Counted from the stretch's first letter, positions 49,886-62,537 are shown. The stretch is DNA of 64,000 nucleotides from Mobula hypostoma (GCF_963921235.1 NC_086117.1:30504001-30568000), one strand, 5' to 3'. The notes: generated by a model from the letters alone, not told the origin. A program made the numbers and translations.

Positions 49886-52800
49886 ATTCATTATTTATTT
49901 GAATATGTGTGAATATGCACAGAGTGATAATTACATCAAATTATTTATGCTATTATCTCTTTGCAAAAATAGCAACAGAGGTTAATAAAAACATGTAAAT
50001 TCATCCATTGCTGATATTACACAGCTCACTTTCAACCCCATGTTTCTTTTATTGTTGGTTTTCAGTACATATGTGCATGTGGAAGCACACAGAAGTTAAT
50101 TTGGAAATCCCAGAAGAGTACAGCATTTTAATTTTATACTTGATCAGAAGTGAAAATACGAACATGAATAATAGCTGAGAGAATTAAAAGCAGTAATTAG
50201 ATCTCAAGGTTCAGATGATAAATTGCTTAAACTCATCGCTTCACACTTAGAAAGTAATATGAACCTTCAATTTGATTAGTGTTCCTTCCAGAAGCTAGAA
50301 TTCCCTATATATATGAATTCCCAGTAAAGTGGGCCATATATCACACGTCCTGAAATGCACAAGTAGGTTATTATACAGATTATGTTGAATAATATCACTT
50401 CTATTTATATTTCAATACATATATGTGCATGGATTTCTTTAACCATTCAAATTGCCTTTTTATGAATATTGCACTGATCTTTACAAATGCATTGCATTTA
50501 TTCTTGAGAGTGTATCACCTTGAACCAGTTCCATTACGTTTACACTTTGTCTCTGGAGAGAAAGGAGATTTCAGAAATTAGAATCTGGTGCGAAAAGCAA
50601 ACTGCTGGACGAACGGAATCAGGCAGCGTTAGCGGAGAGAAATGGATGGTCAACATTTTGGGTCAACAACACCTTTATCTGCACAGTTAGGTTCTTCCAG
50701 CAGCTTGATATTTTGCTTCGTCATTATTAGTGTTTTGTGGATGAATTAAAACTTGGAACAGGTACACCTGCTTCAAAGAAAAAAATGCATCATGTATCTA
50801 GTGACTACTTTTCTGTGGTTTACGTGTTCACATTGAAGGGGCTCGGAATTGAAAGCCCTACAGAACTGAAATTTCCTTCTGAAAGAAAAACAAAGGCAAA
50901 GGAAAAGAAATATTTGAGGAACAGAGGCCTTGAAAAGTAGTTGTGCAGTGTTGCTTTGTTCTGTGCTGTTTGACTGAGTTTGATCCACTTTAGGGTGAAA
51001 CACAATAACCCAGTCATTTCATGTCACTCCAGAGACTGAACTGGGCACCAACCAGCATGAGTGCACATAGGCAGGCAGCTGACATGATATCCGTTTCAAG
51101 CATGCTTTGAATTATATCATTCACTATGTAACACTTCCTTTGGACCATTGCAGGGAAAACTAGGGAATAATCATTGTTTGGTACTCCTGGGACAGCACGC
51201 TATTTGCAGATCTTTGTTGGCCTGAGACATTGGGAAAAGTCCCTATACTTAATCTGATACCTTTTACAAAACCATAGGTCTCCCTTACTTCTCTACCAGG
51301 GTACAGATGTAATCACTATGGGCCATTGATCTCCCTGACTCAACAGGGAGATCCTTGAACCCTTCCATCCTGTGGTCTCCAGATCCCCGCCCAACAATTG
51401 CCCAAGGGACCTGAGGCCTTGATCTTTACATTCCTCAGCTCCTACTGCTCTCCAACATCTACACCCAAGCATCGGCACTTATTTATTCAGCAAATGTCTC
51501 CAGGCCCTGATCCCCATCACTGCCTGGAAGGGCAAGTGCACCTTTTGATGGATATTTACTTTTTAGGGCCCCAAAGGCTTATTACTAACCTCAGCTTTCT
51601 ACTGCAGCAGTATGACCTTTCTCAAGGGTCAGAGTTGTTTGTGACAAAGTTAAACTCCTAACAAGTATTTGGTGCTGAGCTTCTATTTGTAAACAAGAGC
51701 CCGTCTTTGGTTCTTAATGTAAATTACAAGCAGTAATCTGTTTGAAACTAAAAGGACATCTGGGCTGGCTGCTAAGAGATGTGGTTAGCAAAGTGAAGTG
51801 ACCACTAGATTTCTTGTCTGCATTAGGCAAACGGAAGACAATGGGGTTAGCTGGCCTACAAAAGCCAGAACACTGCAGCAAATTTGCACTGTAGGCCTCA
51901 GAAGCTTTTAGACCATTTGCATAAATTTCTTTGTCCCAGCAAAGGTATCCGTAAAACGTCACATGCAGATAATGTCACCTAGTAGCAGAACAGTATTATT
52001 AGGATGCATCGGGGACTGATTGTTAGCAATGACAAGAAGAATGACAGAAAGAAGAAGAAGGATTCATTCCTCAGCCTTTGGTTTCTGTGATGGATGACTT
52101 GCTTAACTGAAACTTGTTGGTAGGTTCTTTTAGTTCACAAGAATTGCACTTGTGCTCAGAAACCCTTTCTAGTTTGTAAATTTTCTGCAATTAGGAAATC
52201 ATTTATAAACTAGAAATCCTCTGTTAGTATTAAAGGCATATTTAAAAAATACCTAAAAATTAAAAACTGGTATCATTAAAAATAAAATAAACTGTTTATA
52301 AGTACCTTCGTTTGCTGGGAGTATCTCCATCTCGGTGGTGGCAGGATGGGGGGCAGCATGCAAGGAGTGGGTATTCGCAGCTAGACCTCACCACAGAGAC
52401 TAGACAGCGAAGCAAGCTAATCTTGAAGCGGAAGTGGATAATCTCCTTGTAGTGAAGGTACCCACAAATATCTATATCAGTTAGGGCTTAAGATCTTTTG
52501 AGTTTAGAGCTTTGTGCTCAGGGAACCTAGCACCATCAGACCCCACTTCCCAAACAAACATTGTTGGTCATCCAATGACTGATGACAACTTAACACTAGG
52601 CTCAGATCCCAACCGGTCCAATGATTGCCAATTCTCAAATTTTCTCTCTCTGTACACCTGTCCCCAGCCTAGAACTTGGGATGTGAACTTTCCTGCCATC
52701 AAAAATGTGTTCCTGAAGTTTGGAGCAAAAATTTTTAATAACTACCAGTGTAGACATTAGATTGCATGAAAATTATGATTATCAAGTCTTAAATCTGCCT

Positions 52801-55610
52801 TATCCAAAACTTAACTAGGGCAATCTTTCTATCTTTAGAAACATACTTCCTTGCATTCTTATATACTCTTTCTTTTGTCAAATGCACTGTTGACACTTTC
52901 TTGTATTGCATTTACCTCTGGAACAGTATTTCCTTCATCTTTCAAAGTCCAACACATTGACCTTTAAGAATGCATCACATTGGGCCTCACCTTGACCCAT
53001 TTCCATTATCCTTACATTGCCTGCTTACCCAACCACTAACCTCAATCACGTCTTACTTTTGCCCACATAGCACCAGAATATGTGGATCCAGATCAGCTTC
53101 AAAGACCACTGAGGTCCCACCAATAGACAACCCTTTAGGAGAACTTCATGCTCGACTTGAGTGATTGCACTACTACTACTGCACTGCTGTACATTGACTT
53201 GTCTTTACTAGTACTTTGGGTTGAATTATAACTGAATAAACATGATACTTCTAGGTGAATCACCTTATCCTGAATGAGATTTCCTTCAAAGACATATTGC
53301 CCTCATCAGTATATGAAGAGAATCCCATCAACAAATGTAATATATGATTTTTACCAAGTGTGTTATTATTACAATGAATAGCTAATTCATAAACTGGTTC
53401 GAAAAGCTGATGCCAGAAACATCAACTTAAAACATTCCCAACAAAGGAACACAGACACACACTTTCTTATCTCCAGGCTTACTTAAATAGCTTATTTTGA
53501 ATTTAAATTCCCCAGCTGCTTTGGTGGGAGTCAAATCCATGTCCGGACCTCTAGATACTGATCCAGTAAATTTATCACCTGGCTTCCTTAATGCATTTTG
53601 ATACAACTATATATTACTGTCTTGTTAATACATCACAGATAATGTAGTCTATTGATTCATGGATTATAGTTTTAAATGGAAACTGGTAAATAAAATGGAA
53701 TTTTTTGCCAAAAGTTAAAGAGAAGTTCTTGTAACTGCAAGTTTTGAAATGAAAGGCTTTTGTAGCTCTCCCCACTGTTCCTACCATTTCTTGCCCCTTA
53801 GCGTCTAATGGTGTGAGTGGCTATAGGTCAAATGTAAATTAGAGTGGCCAGTTAAGCACTGGGAGTGTATGAAGTTTTTACTATATTAACAGGAAAAATA
53901 TTTATGTGCATATCGTTCCTGAAGTGCAATGCCAACGATATTTCCCGGTCTCGCTGGGTTTCTTCTGAAGGTGGAAGTGAAAAATGAGCTTGGTTGTGTT
54001 TAACCACAGAATCTAAAGCTTCGGTTATCCTGCGTGTCTCCTGAGCTGCAATATACTGTATTATTAACAAGCTCCAGACTTTCACATCAGAAATATAGGC
54101 TTTGAAATCTATCAGCCTCAAGTATCACTTCCAAGATTCCAAGATTACAGAGGGGACCAGTGAAACTGATGTAAAGCGGATCCTTGCCAAAGGACTAGAG
54201 AAGATTTTAGACATCCAGAAGCAGGCTTAACATAGTAACAAGTAATACAATTATATTATTATGTCAAATATTACAAATTACTTGTCACTGTTTCAGTACG
54301 AGAAAAAATGGTTTGCAATACAAGTAAAAATCCTCCATTGAATAAATTTGTCCCTGCACTTTCACAGTTATGCTTCAATGTGGTGGAAAATACTGAAGTA
54401 GTTACACTGTCCTTAGATAGCAATGATATGAATTTGGCATTATAGCAAAACTCGGTTCAGCAATATTAAAAGCTTTGGAAGAGCACAGTAGGTCATTCAG
54501 GTAAATACCCTGTGTATAAGGATGATCCTGCCATGGAATTTAAATACTTGCATTTCCAGTTCTCCATGATTAATTCAGAAACGGATTGAAAACTTTCCAA
54601 ACTTTTTACAGAGGATTTGGAATGCACACATTTTCCTTCACACACAAGAATCAATCATAAACTTCTTGGGCTAAAACTTCAAAACCTTGCTGAGCAGTTC
54701 GGTGAGCAACTTTGATGAGGCAATGAAGGAATAAGATCAAAAATGTCCCAGTGAGAACTTCGAAGAACGAACAGGAAAAATAACCCCATTGTTGGTGATT
54801 TGTTTTTATATCTGGCCATGGCAAAGAGAGGCTGAGAATTTACTCGTTTGTAAACATGAGGAAAGCTGGCAGGCAAACATGGGACTCATCAAACACAAAC
54901 CTTCTCATGTCAAACACCGCTGTAGAATTCAATCACCCAGCAGCAAAATGAATAAACACAAGGGTATATCACTGAAATTTGTTCAGCTGTGACTTCTGCT
55001 ACTGTCGGGCAGAGAGCAAAATAAAAAGTACCTCGTAGAGGTGTTAAACACTGTCTGCCAAGTCTTGACAGACCCCTGTATTAAGAAAAACAAACCAACC
55101 ATAAAACATCCTTCCTGATAAAGAAAAATTGTCATTCAAGAAGAAATGCTGTAGTAAGTGAATTGTTTGTACAAATTAGCTGTTGCAAATCACAATCTTT
55201 ATTAGTTTGTCAACATTTGTTTCCTTCTATAGTTTTAGTCATCCACAAATTTTGTTTTAAATCACCACTAAATATTGTTTAAAAGATCCCATTTATAAAT
55301 GTAAAGTATCTTTGCTTCACTCCAGGGAAATCCAGGAATGTCTAAGATTTGAAGTAATCTTCATGCAACCCCCAAAAAAATTGCACTACCTATTGGAGAT
55401 TCAGGAAAGAAAGTTAACTATCAAGATTAATCCAATTACTTTGAAAAAGGTTTGCTTGCCTCCTGATTGGTGATGCCAGGCACAGGTGGGTCAATGGCAA
55501 GAGAAGTGAGTGTAGTGAGACCTTCATAAATACACCCAATCAGAGTTGGCAATCTCAGTGTCTCTACCTGTGTACCTGCACAAGCATATGTGTAATTAAT
55601 AGTTGCTTAC

Positions 55611-55752
55611 TTGTAAAAGCTGTCCGGTTCCAGGCACTTGAAAATTAAGGAGTATGTGGTCAATTCTGAGGCAAGTTCATGGTTTTTCCCTACCACCACG
55701 CAGGAGGACCCCAGGCCTGAAAGAAGGTCATCAGCAAAGCTCAAAGATTCAC
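55611..55752 (-). CDS. ASTN2: Astrotactin-2 internal coding exon (fibronectin type III region), 142 bp, phase 1 to phase 2
   Basis: Acceptor tcttttttattttaacag|GT and donor AA|gtaagc. Translation (G)ESLSFADDLLSGLGSSCVVVGKNHELASELTTYSLIFKCLEPDSFY(K) matches recalled ASTN2 GEFLSFADDLLSGLGTSCVAAG..YSVIFKCLEPDGLYK much better than ASTN1 (SFVDDIISG..IIRCLEPDTIY). Confidence 0.93.
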
Positions 55753-56034
55753 CTGTTAAAATAAAAAAGATACACAACAGAGGGGAGAAGCAAATGAGTT
55801 AAAATAAGCACTGACTAACAAAAGCTTCTTGATATGCATCACGCAAAGCAGCTCTGGCATTTTCACAGGCTACTCCTCTGCAATGGGGGACAAGAAGTTA
55901 GGGGAAAACTGGGTTATCCTCTTTCTCTCATTTCTTTATTTTAATTTTAACCGAATTCCCAAGATCTTTTACAGAAAAAAATAAAACAACATTCAATATT
56001 TCTAAAGATGTTCTTCAGTCTCCCACAAATGCAG

Positions 56035-56036
<2 letters not shown>

Positions 56037-56072
<36 letters not shown>
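56037..56072. repeat. (TG)18 microsatellite
   Basis: Directly visible perfect dinucleotide run. Confidence 0.97.
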
Positions 56073-56074
<2 letters not shown>

Positions 56075-56964
56075 TGGTGTGCATTTGTTTTGCTCTGTTT
56101 TACTGTGTGTGGCCACATATCACCATGTTTTAAATTGAAAGCATATTTTGTGTGTTTAATAATTGGCGTACAACTATTTACATCTATAAAGGCAATTACA
56201 AAAATGGAGGGGGGAAAAGACTTTCAGCTTACAGTTCAACTGTCAGAGGCCAGCAACACTGTTTCCTTAAGAATAGGCTGCAGCCATTTATCTTATATAA
56301 ACAAATGTCTTCAAGCCTGGGATAGAGGTAATGAGCTGCCAGTGTGGGATAAATTTGCAGCTTGATGGTATTTACATTTCATCAATCAATTCTCTGATTT
56401 TGCCACCACTTGAAATTCATAATATTCCCCTGAAGTCTGTCCAAAAGATCCACAATAGAAACATTATTCATCAAGTCAAATGCACATGATTCCTAGAGAG
56501 TAGGAAGCAATCAGGAATTATGTGACTAGTTTTGGAATTCATGTTCTCTTGACTATGATGGGAGCCTGGGAATTAAATACCAATACATTCAACACTTTGA
56601 TTTCCTTAAACAGATGTTTACTATTAAAGCTTTATTGCCCTAACTTCAAAAATGAGCTTGATAGTTAGCATAACTCCCCTTTCATTTACCTCCCTTGTGC
56701 TATTAATTTCCTTATGCGTTAAGTCAGATCATTCGCCATTTTGACGAAGTTCAATTTTGAGTAACCCCATGTTAACAGCTCTTCAAATCTCAACAACTAA
56801 CACAGATCTAAGAACTACTTCTTAACAAAAGGTAGAGTAATATCTCATAAAATTCAGATCCCTTCTACGTTTGGAATATCTCGAAATTCATGAAGGTGTC
56901 TGATATCCTGCGCTTTACTCTTTTCTTTCTGAATGTTGTACTAGAGTAAACTTAAGAACGTCTG

Positions 56965-58050
56965 AGAATGCTGGAAACTGAAAGCAACACACAGAAAATG
57001 CTGAAGGAACTCAGCAGGTTAGGCGGCATCTACGGAAGTGAATAAACAGTTGACATTTCAGGCTGAGGCACTTCCAAAAGACAGATAATGTTTCAACCAA
57101 AGGACAGTGCCTCATCTAAAGCATTTAAAACCTAAAATGTTTCCTGTTTCTCTTTCCACAGATGCTGCTGAACTTGCAACCTTTTAAAGATATTTTTCTG
57201 TTATATTTTGAGGTTTCCAGCATCTGTCCTGAGGAAGGGTCTCGGCCTGAAACATCGACTGTTTACTCTTTTCCATTGATGCTGCCTAACCTGCTGAGTT
57301 CCTCCACCATTTTATGTGTGCTGTTTCTGTACTATAGTATTATTGACTGTAATTAAAAACAGTATTAACAGTGATTCAGGGAACTCTATAACAAAAATAA
57401 AACACCTCATCCCACTTACATGAAGAACTGAATATCAGGTTGGAAGTATTTTACAAATATCTGGAGCTCCTGTTGTTCTGTAAACTGAATATATATAAGC
57501 ACCATGCTCAATGTAACAGCAAAGCAATCACATGGACACCTCAACACCTTCATTTCAGCAAACCATTGCAACCATTTTGCAGATGAAGGAGCATTAGTTC
57601 CTTATTCTGGTAAGGAACTTGTGACGATCACACAGGAACAAATAAGTAAGTATAGAAATAAAAGCAGAATAATTGAACTAAGTTCTAAGGACCGCAGTTG
57701 AGAAACACATTTCAGGGGAAAACAACAGAAAATATGAAAATGAAAAAAACAGAGATGCTGGAAATCTCAAACAAAAAACTGGAAGAATCACAAGTTAAGC
57801 AGCATCTGTGGAAAGAGAAACAGTAGATGTTTCAGATTTGGAAGCTGAGACACTGTCCTTAGATGGAAACATTTACTGTCTTGATGAAGGGTCTCGGCCC
57901 GAAACGGCTATTGTTTATTCCTTTCTATAGATGCTGCCTGACCTGCTGAGTTCCTCCAGCATTTTGTATACGTTATTCTGAAACATTGACTGATTTTTGT
58001 CACTGTTGCTGCCTGACTAGTTAGCTTCTCTAGCATTTCCATTCTCTGTT
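56965..58050. mobile_element. Cluster of short Penelope pLTR-derived repeats in both orientations
   Basis: Units at about 56965-57075(-), 57080-57225(+), 57226-57323(+), 57745-57880(-), 57881-57975(+) and 57976-58050(+). Confidence 0.75.
57226..57259 (+). ncRNA. Minimal type I hammerhead ribozyme motif (Penelope pLTR type)
   Basis: gtc-CTGAGGA-agggtctcggcct-GAAAC-ATC-gac: intact CUGANGA and GAAA cores, NUH site AUC, short stem I gtc/gac. Activity is untested. Confidence 0.6.
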
Positions 58051-58279
58051 CCTTTTTTTCCCACATGCATGCATTAGCCCACCCTGGCAGGCACATCCTA
58101 CTATTACCAACTCATTAGACTGGTCTTGCAGCTAAATGTCCTTATTAAGCCATTTCAACTCATCCTATTACAGACATTCCTTACTGACTGGATTGATTCA
58201 GGCTGCCAACAGTTTATGTTTAATGAGAGATCTGACTTGCTCCCTGAACATGTGAAAAATGACAAAAACCCATATTTAT

Positions 58280-60020
58280 ATCTGCAAGAGATTCTGCAGA
58301 TGCTGGAAATCTTGAGCATTGCAGACAACCCAGCAAGTCTAAGGAGGGAAATAATCAGTCAACATTTCGGGTTGAAATGCATCATCAGAACTGGAGGGAG
58401 GGATGTGGAAGGAACACAAGCTGGGAGGTGATAGGTGAACTCAGATGAGGGAGGAGGGTTGGGGAGGGGGGAATGAAGTAAAAAGGTTAGAAGGTGACAG
58501 GTGGAAGATAGGTGATGGACAGGTGAGGAGAAGAGGATGATTGAGAGGGAAATCAGAATGGAGAATGAAAAAAGAGAGAGGGGGGAGTGGGGAGAAATTA
58601 CCCGAAAATAGTGGAACTGATGTTCATGCCGTCAGTTTGAAGGCTACCCAGACAAAATATGAGATGTTGCTCCTCCAATCTGAGAGTAGCCTCATCGAGG
58701 CGGTAGAGGTGATCATGGACCAACATATTGGAATGAGAATGGGAAGTCGAACTAAAATTGGTGGTCACCAGGCAATCTCTCCACTTGTGGCAGATGAAGC
58801 GAAGGTACTCAACAGCATTGAGTCTTACCGATGTAGAAGAGGCTGCACCAAGAGCACTGGATAAAGTAAATGATCCTGACAGTCTCGCACGTGAAGTGTC
58901 GCCAAACCTGGAAGACCTGTTTGGGGCTCTGAATGTTGGTGAGAGAGGAGGTGTTGGGGCAGGTGTAGTAGTTGCTCCACTTGCAGGGGTAGGTGCCAGG
59001 AGGAAGATCAGTGGAGTGGAATGAGTGGACAAGTGAGTCATGTGGAGAGCAATCTCTACAGAAAGCTGAGAGTGGGCGAGGGGTAGGGAAGGAATGAAAT
59101 ACTTAGTAGTAGGATCCCCTTTGTAGATGGTGGATGTTTCAGAGAATGAAGTGCTGGATTTGGAGGCTTGTGCAGAACCCTATCGTTGTAATGGTGGTGG
59201 AGAATAGGATGAGGGCAGATGTGTGGGAAACGAAGCAAAGGGCAGCTTGATAGGGAAAGGGAAAGGGAAAGGCTGTTTTTTGAAGAAGGACATCTCTGAT
59301 GTTCTGGAATGGAAAGCCTCATCCTGAGAACAGATGCGGCAGAGGCAGTGGAAATGAGAAAAGGGAATAGAATTCTTACGTGACAATGTGGGAAGAGGTA
59401 CAGTCAAGATAGATGTGAGAGACAAAAGGTTTATAAAAGATATCAGTAGATAGTCTATCTCCAGAGATGGAGACAGAGAGATTGAGAAGGGGGAGAGAGG
59501 TGTCAGAGAAGGATCAGATGAAAACAAATTTAAGGGCAGGGTGGAAGTTGGAGGCAAAGCTGATGAAATTAATGAGTTCACCATGGGTGCCAAAAGCAGC
59601 ACTAACGCAGCTGTCAATGTGGCATCGAAAGAATTAAGGAGCGTTACTGGTGGAGGCTTGGAACATGGACTGATCCAAGTAGCTGATGAAAAGAAAGGCA
59701 TAAATGGGGCCTATGTCGGTTTCCGTGTCTACACCTTGGGTTTGCAGAAAGTGGGAGAAGCCGAAAAAGAAATTTTTGAGGGTGAGAACAAGTTCTTCCA
59801 GATGGAGGAGAGTGGTGGTGGAGGGGAACTGGGTAGGTCTGTTGAGAAAGAAACTGAGAGCTTTAAGGCCTTTCTGATGGGGGATAGTAGTGTATAGGGA
59901 CTGCACATCCATAGTGAAAATAAGATGATCAGGACCAGGGAACCTAAAGTGATTGAGAGCATGTGAAGTGTCATGGATGTAGGTAGGGAGAGACAGAACT
60001 AAGGGGGACAAATAGAGTTG
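58280..60020 (-). mobile_element. Degenerate Penelope-like element (RT + GIY-YIG + pLTR)
   Basis: Minus-strand FTMDVQSLYTT, LCRICSQDEAFHSRTSEMSFFK and EATLRLEEQHLIFCLGSLQTDGMNI; many frameshifts. Confidence 0.9.
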
Positions 60021-61319
60021 AGGTATGGAGATATTATCTTCCAACTTCCCAAGTTATTAATTGACATTTCTTGCAAACTGATAAATTGAAAAGCTGACCA
60101 CATAAAGATGAGATGCTCAGTATTAAAGCATTATTTATGCCCTCAAGATTAAATAATATAACTGATCCCTTCATCCAGGTTGACGTGATGTCAGTCCTGC
60201 AGGGATCATTCCGTCTCAATAGCAATTTTGAAAATCAATACGTCAATAGTGCCTGGTCACCACTGCTCATCAACCATTCTTATTTATTTACACATAATTC
60301 TGCAATATTTTCACTTGGAGGCTTCAAACACATACGCACACACACACACACATATGTCTAATTCTTAGTTGGACACTGCTTCTTAACTTCTTTCTCAGAA
60401 GACAAAGTTATGTGTAAAATCTCACTAGGCTGTTTTTATATGTACGCCGAGACTTACTGTGTCTGTTCAGTGCAAATGCCATTTAATAATTGAGGGACAA
60501 GATCCAATAAGTGTAGGTATGCTCTCTCTCTTCTCTTAGCAGGGGTTGGGTGTGGTGAGTGCCGGAATTCATTATGAATTTGGAGGCAGATTTAGTAGGC
60601 AGAGCAGGAGGCTTCATCCAACTCTCTTCTCCTTTCGTGTTTTTCAGTCAGAAAGCACGCTCCTATTAACTAACGGCAGCCTGGCCTACAGCTCATAACT
60701 TCCCCACAGAGACCCTAGTCAAAAAAAAAAGTTTTAAAAAAAAGAAATATAACTATTTAAACAAAAAGGGTCTTTATTGAATCCTGGCATCGTGCAGTAG
60801 TTTGCCTCACCCTGATTACATCTGCAGGCAGGACAGAGCAAAATATCAAAGCAAACAAGAGAGAGCGAAGGAAGATGATGTCAGGGGATGGATAATCCCA
60901 GAAGGTCCTGCAATTTGTTGGGCGAGACATTTTGGCTGATGAGGCTCGGTGCTATATGTGCATCCTCTGCAATGAAGGAAAATATTGTGCAAAATGAGGA
61001 AGTGTGCATTTACGCAAATGCAAATTTTAAACAACAACCCTTGGGGCTTCCTTACAGAAGCTTCCTTTTGACTGTGGAGATGATGAGGCTCAGATGGACT
61101 CACTGACTGTTCAATCAAATGCTTTCTCCAACTACACATGACCACTACTGTCTGCCTGGAACTGGGCACCCCTCCACACCTTCAACCTTCAAATGTATTG
61201 GGAAATGAAAGATACCCTTTAATTGTAGGGAAGAGGGCTGGTGCCAAATGTTGGGGCTATGGGAGGCCAGCAGGAGGGGTTTAGGGGGAGTTCTAAGCTG
61301 CAAGTATTATAACAACCAC

Positions 61320-61452
61320 AAACAAGAGAAAATCTGCAGATGCTGATAATCCGAGCAGCACACACAAAATGTTGGAGGAACTCAGCAGGTCAGGCAGCAT
61401 CTATGGAAGAACGTACAGTTGATGTTTTGGGCTTAAACCCTTGGGCAGGACT
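61320..61452 (-). mobile_element. Penelope pLTR fragment
   Basis: aaatctgcagatgctg..cacacacaaaatgttggaggaactcagcaggtcaggcagcatctatgg; decayed hammerhead. Confidence 0.75.
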
Positions 61453-61529
61453 CAATGACCACAATCATTTCTGGTCAAGAATGAACTATGTATTAAGTTG
61501 GTGGACCAGTTCTCTGATTTGGAATACAT

Positions 61530-61830
61530 AGTGTCATAGAGTATCACATCAGAGAAACAAGGCCTTTATCCTACCTAGTTCATGCAAGCCCCATTGACTT
61601 GCACACAGACCATAGCTCTCCATCCCCTTCCCATTCATGTACCTTCCCAAATTTCTGTTAAAAGCTAAAATTGAGCCCACATCCAGCACTTCCACTGGTA
61701 GCTCATTCCACCGCCCTCTGAGTGGAAAATTTCCCTCTTCCAATCCCCTTAACCATTTCACCTTTTACCCTTGACCCATGACCTCTGCCTCTCACCCAAA
61801 CTCAGTTTACCCTATCCAAAACTCTCATAA
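61530..61830 (-). mobile_element. CR1 LINE 3' end fragment
   Basis: Minus ORF ..WNELPVEVLDVGSILAFNRNLGRYMNGKGMESYG. Confidence 0.8.
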
Positions 61831-61934
61831 CATGGATTAGGGATGAACAGCAACTGGAGCAGCAATCAATCCATTGGAGAAACGCTGTGGATCAAGCAGC
61901 ATTTGTGACGAGAAAGGAATCAACACCAATTCTC

Positions 61935-62235
61935 AAGCTGCCACTGCTGCCACTTCACAGGTCCAGCGACCCAGGTTCTATCCTGACAATGGGTGCTGTT
62001 TATTTGCTGTTTCTGTACTGTAGCTCCTTTCTCCATCTAAAAAAAAATGTGTATGTTAGTTGACCACAGCAGACTATTCCTCAGTGGAGACTAGTGGAAA
62101 AATTCTCAAAGAGGATGGACGTAAACAGCTTCAGGACTAGAAGGAAATAAGAAAAGAGAGGATGGGGACTAATGGATTGCTCTGCACATAGCATGGGTCT
62201 GATGGGCTGAATGGCCTTATTCAGTGCCCTGTGGT
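61935..62235 (+). mobile_element. Degenerate V-SINE-like SINE
   Basis: cactgctgcc..cacag..cagcgacccaggttctatcctgac head and gatgggctgaatggcct CR1-like tail. Confidence 0.5.
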
Positions 62236-62537
62236 CTCAGTCTGATTCATCCATTATCCCCTGTTTAACCAGAGGTTTTGATAATAATCTCCTCTGCTGC
62301 ATTAACTGCCTTTCCAGATACATCCTTTCGAAGAATGCCTGAAACAACCGGTCAGTGGAAAAAGTGGAAAATACATACAAAAATTCTGGGAATGTTTCCA
62401 TAACAAGTAATAGAGGCACAATGTAGAACCTGCTGCTTAGTAACAAGGCCCAACACAGACGAGCAATTTCCTTCCATAAATAATCAGAATGAGCTGAGTC
62501 TGAAATGTTTGAAGCTTGTCCAGTGTGAGATACACAG

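Noticed and set aside
1-55610. Downstream ASTN2 exons (FTLYAVD..., EIADKIYNLYNGY...) and nested TRIM32
   Set aside because: A manual scan for the expected codons found no match; they probably lie outside the window, though a TBLASTN is needed to be sure.
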